From a virus, in the IMG/VR virus record IMGVR_UViG_3300017929_000004, positions 5,566 to 69,565 of that record: a stretch of 64,000 bases of DNA; one strand, 5' to 3'. The notes beneath the pieces are model-generated. The model worked only from the letters and a program-made list of their open reading frames with translations. It was not told the DNA's origin and searched no databases. The position numbers and the translations under genes are program-made. Position 1 is the first letter of the stretch; every line of letters begins with the position of its first letter. Positions 63,055-64,000 of this stretch are shown piece after piece.

Positions 63055-64000
63055 ATGGGCGGATTCAAACCACTGTCGCCGGAAGATGTCACCTCCATCA
63101 AAAAGGTGACTGAATCTCCCGACTACATTTCTCAACCCAACCAAGCGAAAGTCAGCCAAATTTGGAAGGCGTCGAAGACCTTCCAGCGGTGGTCGCCGAA
63201 CGACCAAATGGCGTTCGTCAGGGCATTGGACAAGAAGGTGCGCGCGAGGAAGCCCAAGGCTGCGCCAGCACCGACCGCTGCGGCCCCTACCGCCGTGCCT
63301 CCGCCGAAGCCTCAAGCCGCGCCAGCGCAACCCGTCGCGGCGCACGCGCCGGTCGTCCCGACCGCCGCATCGACGCCCAGTGCAGCCCTGCACCAAGAAG
63401 CGCCGAAGCCTTACGCCAAGGAACGCTTACTGGCTACGCCAGCCACAAGCCAGCCCTCTATGATTGGGCCGCGGGAACCCGGATTCTGGCAAAGGATGTG
63501 GGAAACGGTACGTGGTAGCCCAAATTACCCCACGGCGATGAGCAAAGCGCTCGGCGAGCCAAGCGAAGAGACCTTCCCGCCCCTGATCCAGCCAGCAGCC
63601 CTGTTCACGAATATGGGCTACAAGCCCACGACGGCTTCTCGAATGGCTGGAGGCCTTCGTGATGCGGCTGAATTTATGGGTTCGTTGACCGAAGTACCGA
63701 ACATCGAACTGATCGCCGCAGGTGGCGGTGCCGGAACGATTGCTGGCAAGATATTCGGGAAGATTGGTGGGTCCGTCGTTTCCCGACTCGTAAGTGCTGG
63801 ATTTGGAACGCAGTTACTCTACGGACTTTGGAAGTCGCTACCAGAATTCAAGAAAGCCCTCCAACGGGGCGACGAAGTGTCCGCAAGGAACATCGCCATC
63901 GGTGCGGGTCTGAGCGGCTATTTCGGGGTTACAGCGCTTGCCCACGCAGCGGGGATGGTAGGGATGGAGGCGACAAAGGAGCAAGCACCGAAGGAAACAC
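63055..64000 (+). CDS. Large putative internal virion protein, 3'-truncated by window edge
   Basis: MGGFKPLSPED...; Pro/Ala linker; appears open to the edge, so absent from the ORF track. Confidence 0.6.
   Translation, partial: MGGFKPLSPEDVTSIKKVTESPDYISQPNQAKVSQIWKASKTFQRWSPNDQMAFVRALDKKVRARKPKAAPAPTAAAPTAVPPPKPQAAPAQPVAAHAPVVPTAASTPSAALHQEAPKPYAKERLLATPATSQPSMIGPREPGFWQRMWETVRGSPNYPTAMSKALGEPSEETFPPLIQPAALFTNMGYKPTTASRMAGGLRDAAEFMGSLTEVPNIELIAAGGGAGTIAGKIFGKIGGSVVSRLVSAGFGTQLLYGLWKSLPEFKKALQRGDEVSARNIAIGAGLSGYFGVTALAHAAGMVGMEATKEQAPKET
63380..63393. repeat. Palindrome GTGCAG-NN-CTGCAC copy, intragenic
   Basis: GTGCAGCCCTGCAC. Confidence 0.8.

Noticed and set aside
2073-63393. Palindromes as a CRISPR array or integron attC sites
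   Set aside because: Copies are dispersed and only 14 bp, with no regular spacers, no GTTRRRY boxes and no cas or integrase gene in the window
3674-63518. Many long alternative-frame or antisense ORFs (e.g. 3674-4360, 19359-20336, 28973-29968, 54634-55563, 63162-63518)
   Set aside because: Shadows of GC-rich real genes, with no RBS, coupling or motifs

Overview
64 kb of a tailed dsDNA (pro)phage genome with podovirus-like gene order, read by eye with the ORF track; no database searches were possible. Order: the end of a late/lysis-type block (1-1785, +); a leftward early block (2091-8800) with a DUF3560-DNA methyltransferase and Arc-like and HTH regulators; then a long rightward arm. That arm carries an HNH, an unusual DNA methyltransferase, a tRNA-like RNA array, peptide deformylase, an Acb2/Tad1-like protein, an intein-containing large terminase, portal, scaffold, major capsid, two paralogous decoration proteins, six large signal-peptide-bearing adhesin/tailspike-like proteins, a GH108 endolysin, tail adaptor/nozzle proteins, a nearly charge-free Ser/Thr/Ala repeat fibre followed by a glycosyltransferase and a methyltransferase, and ejection-type proteins running off the right edge. 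No integrase, replication genes or CRISPR were seen. Most striking: (1) a 14-bp palindrome GTGCAG-NN-CTGCAC in at least 13 exact copies, mostly at stop/RBS junctions in both early and late genes; (2) three HNH endonuclease insertions that each leave the host-strand reading frame open, one nested with its own promoter inside the methyltransferase frame and two antisense under filler ORFs; (3) an array of about six stem-closed, partly tRNA-like RNA units; (4) virion-region proteins with Sec signal peptides. An Acidobacteria-like host is a weak inference from the adhesin domains.
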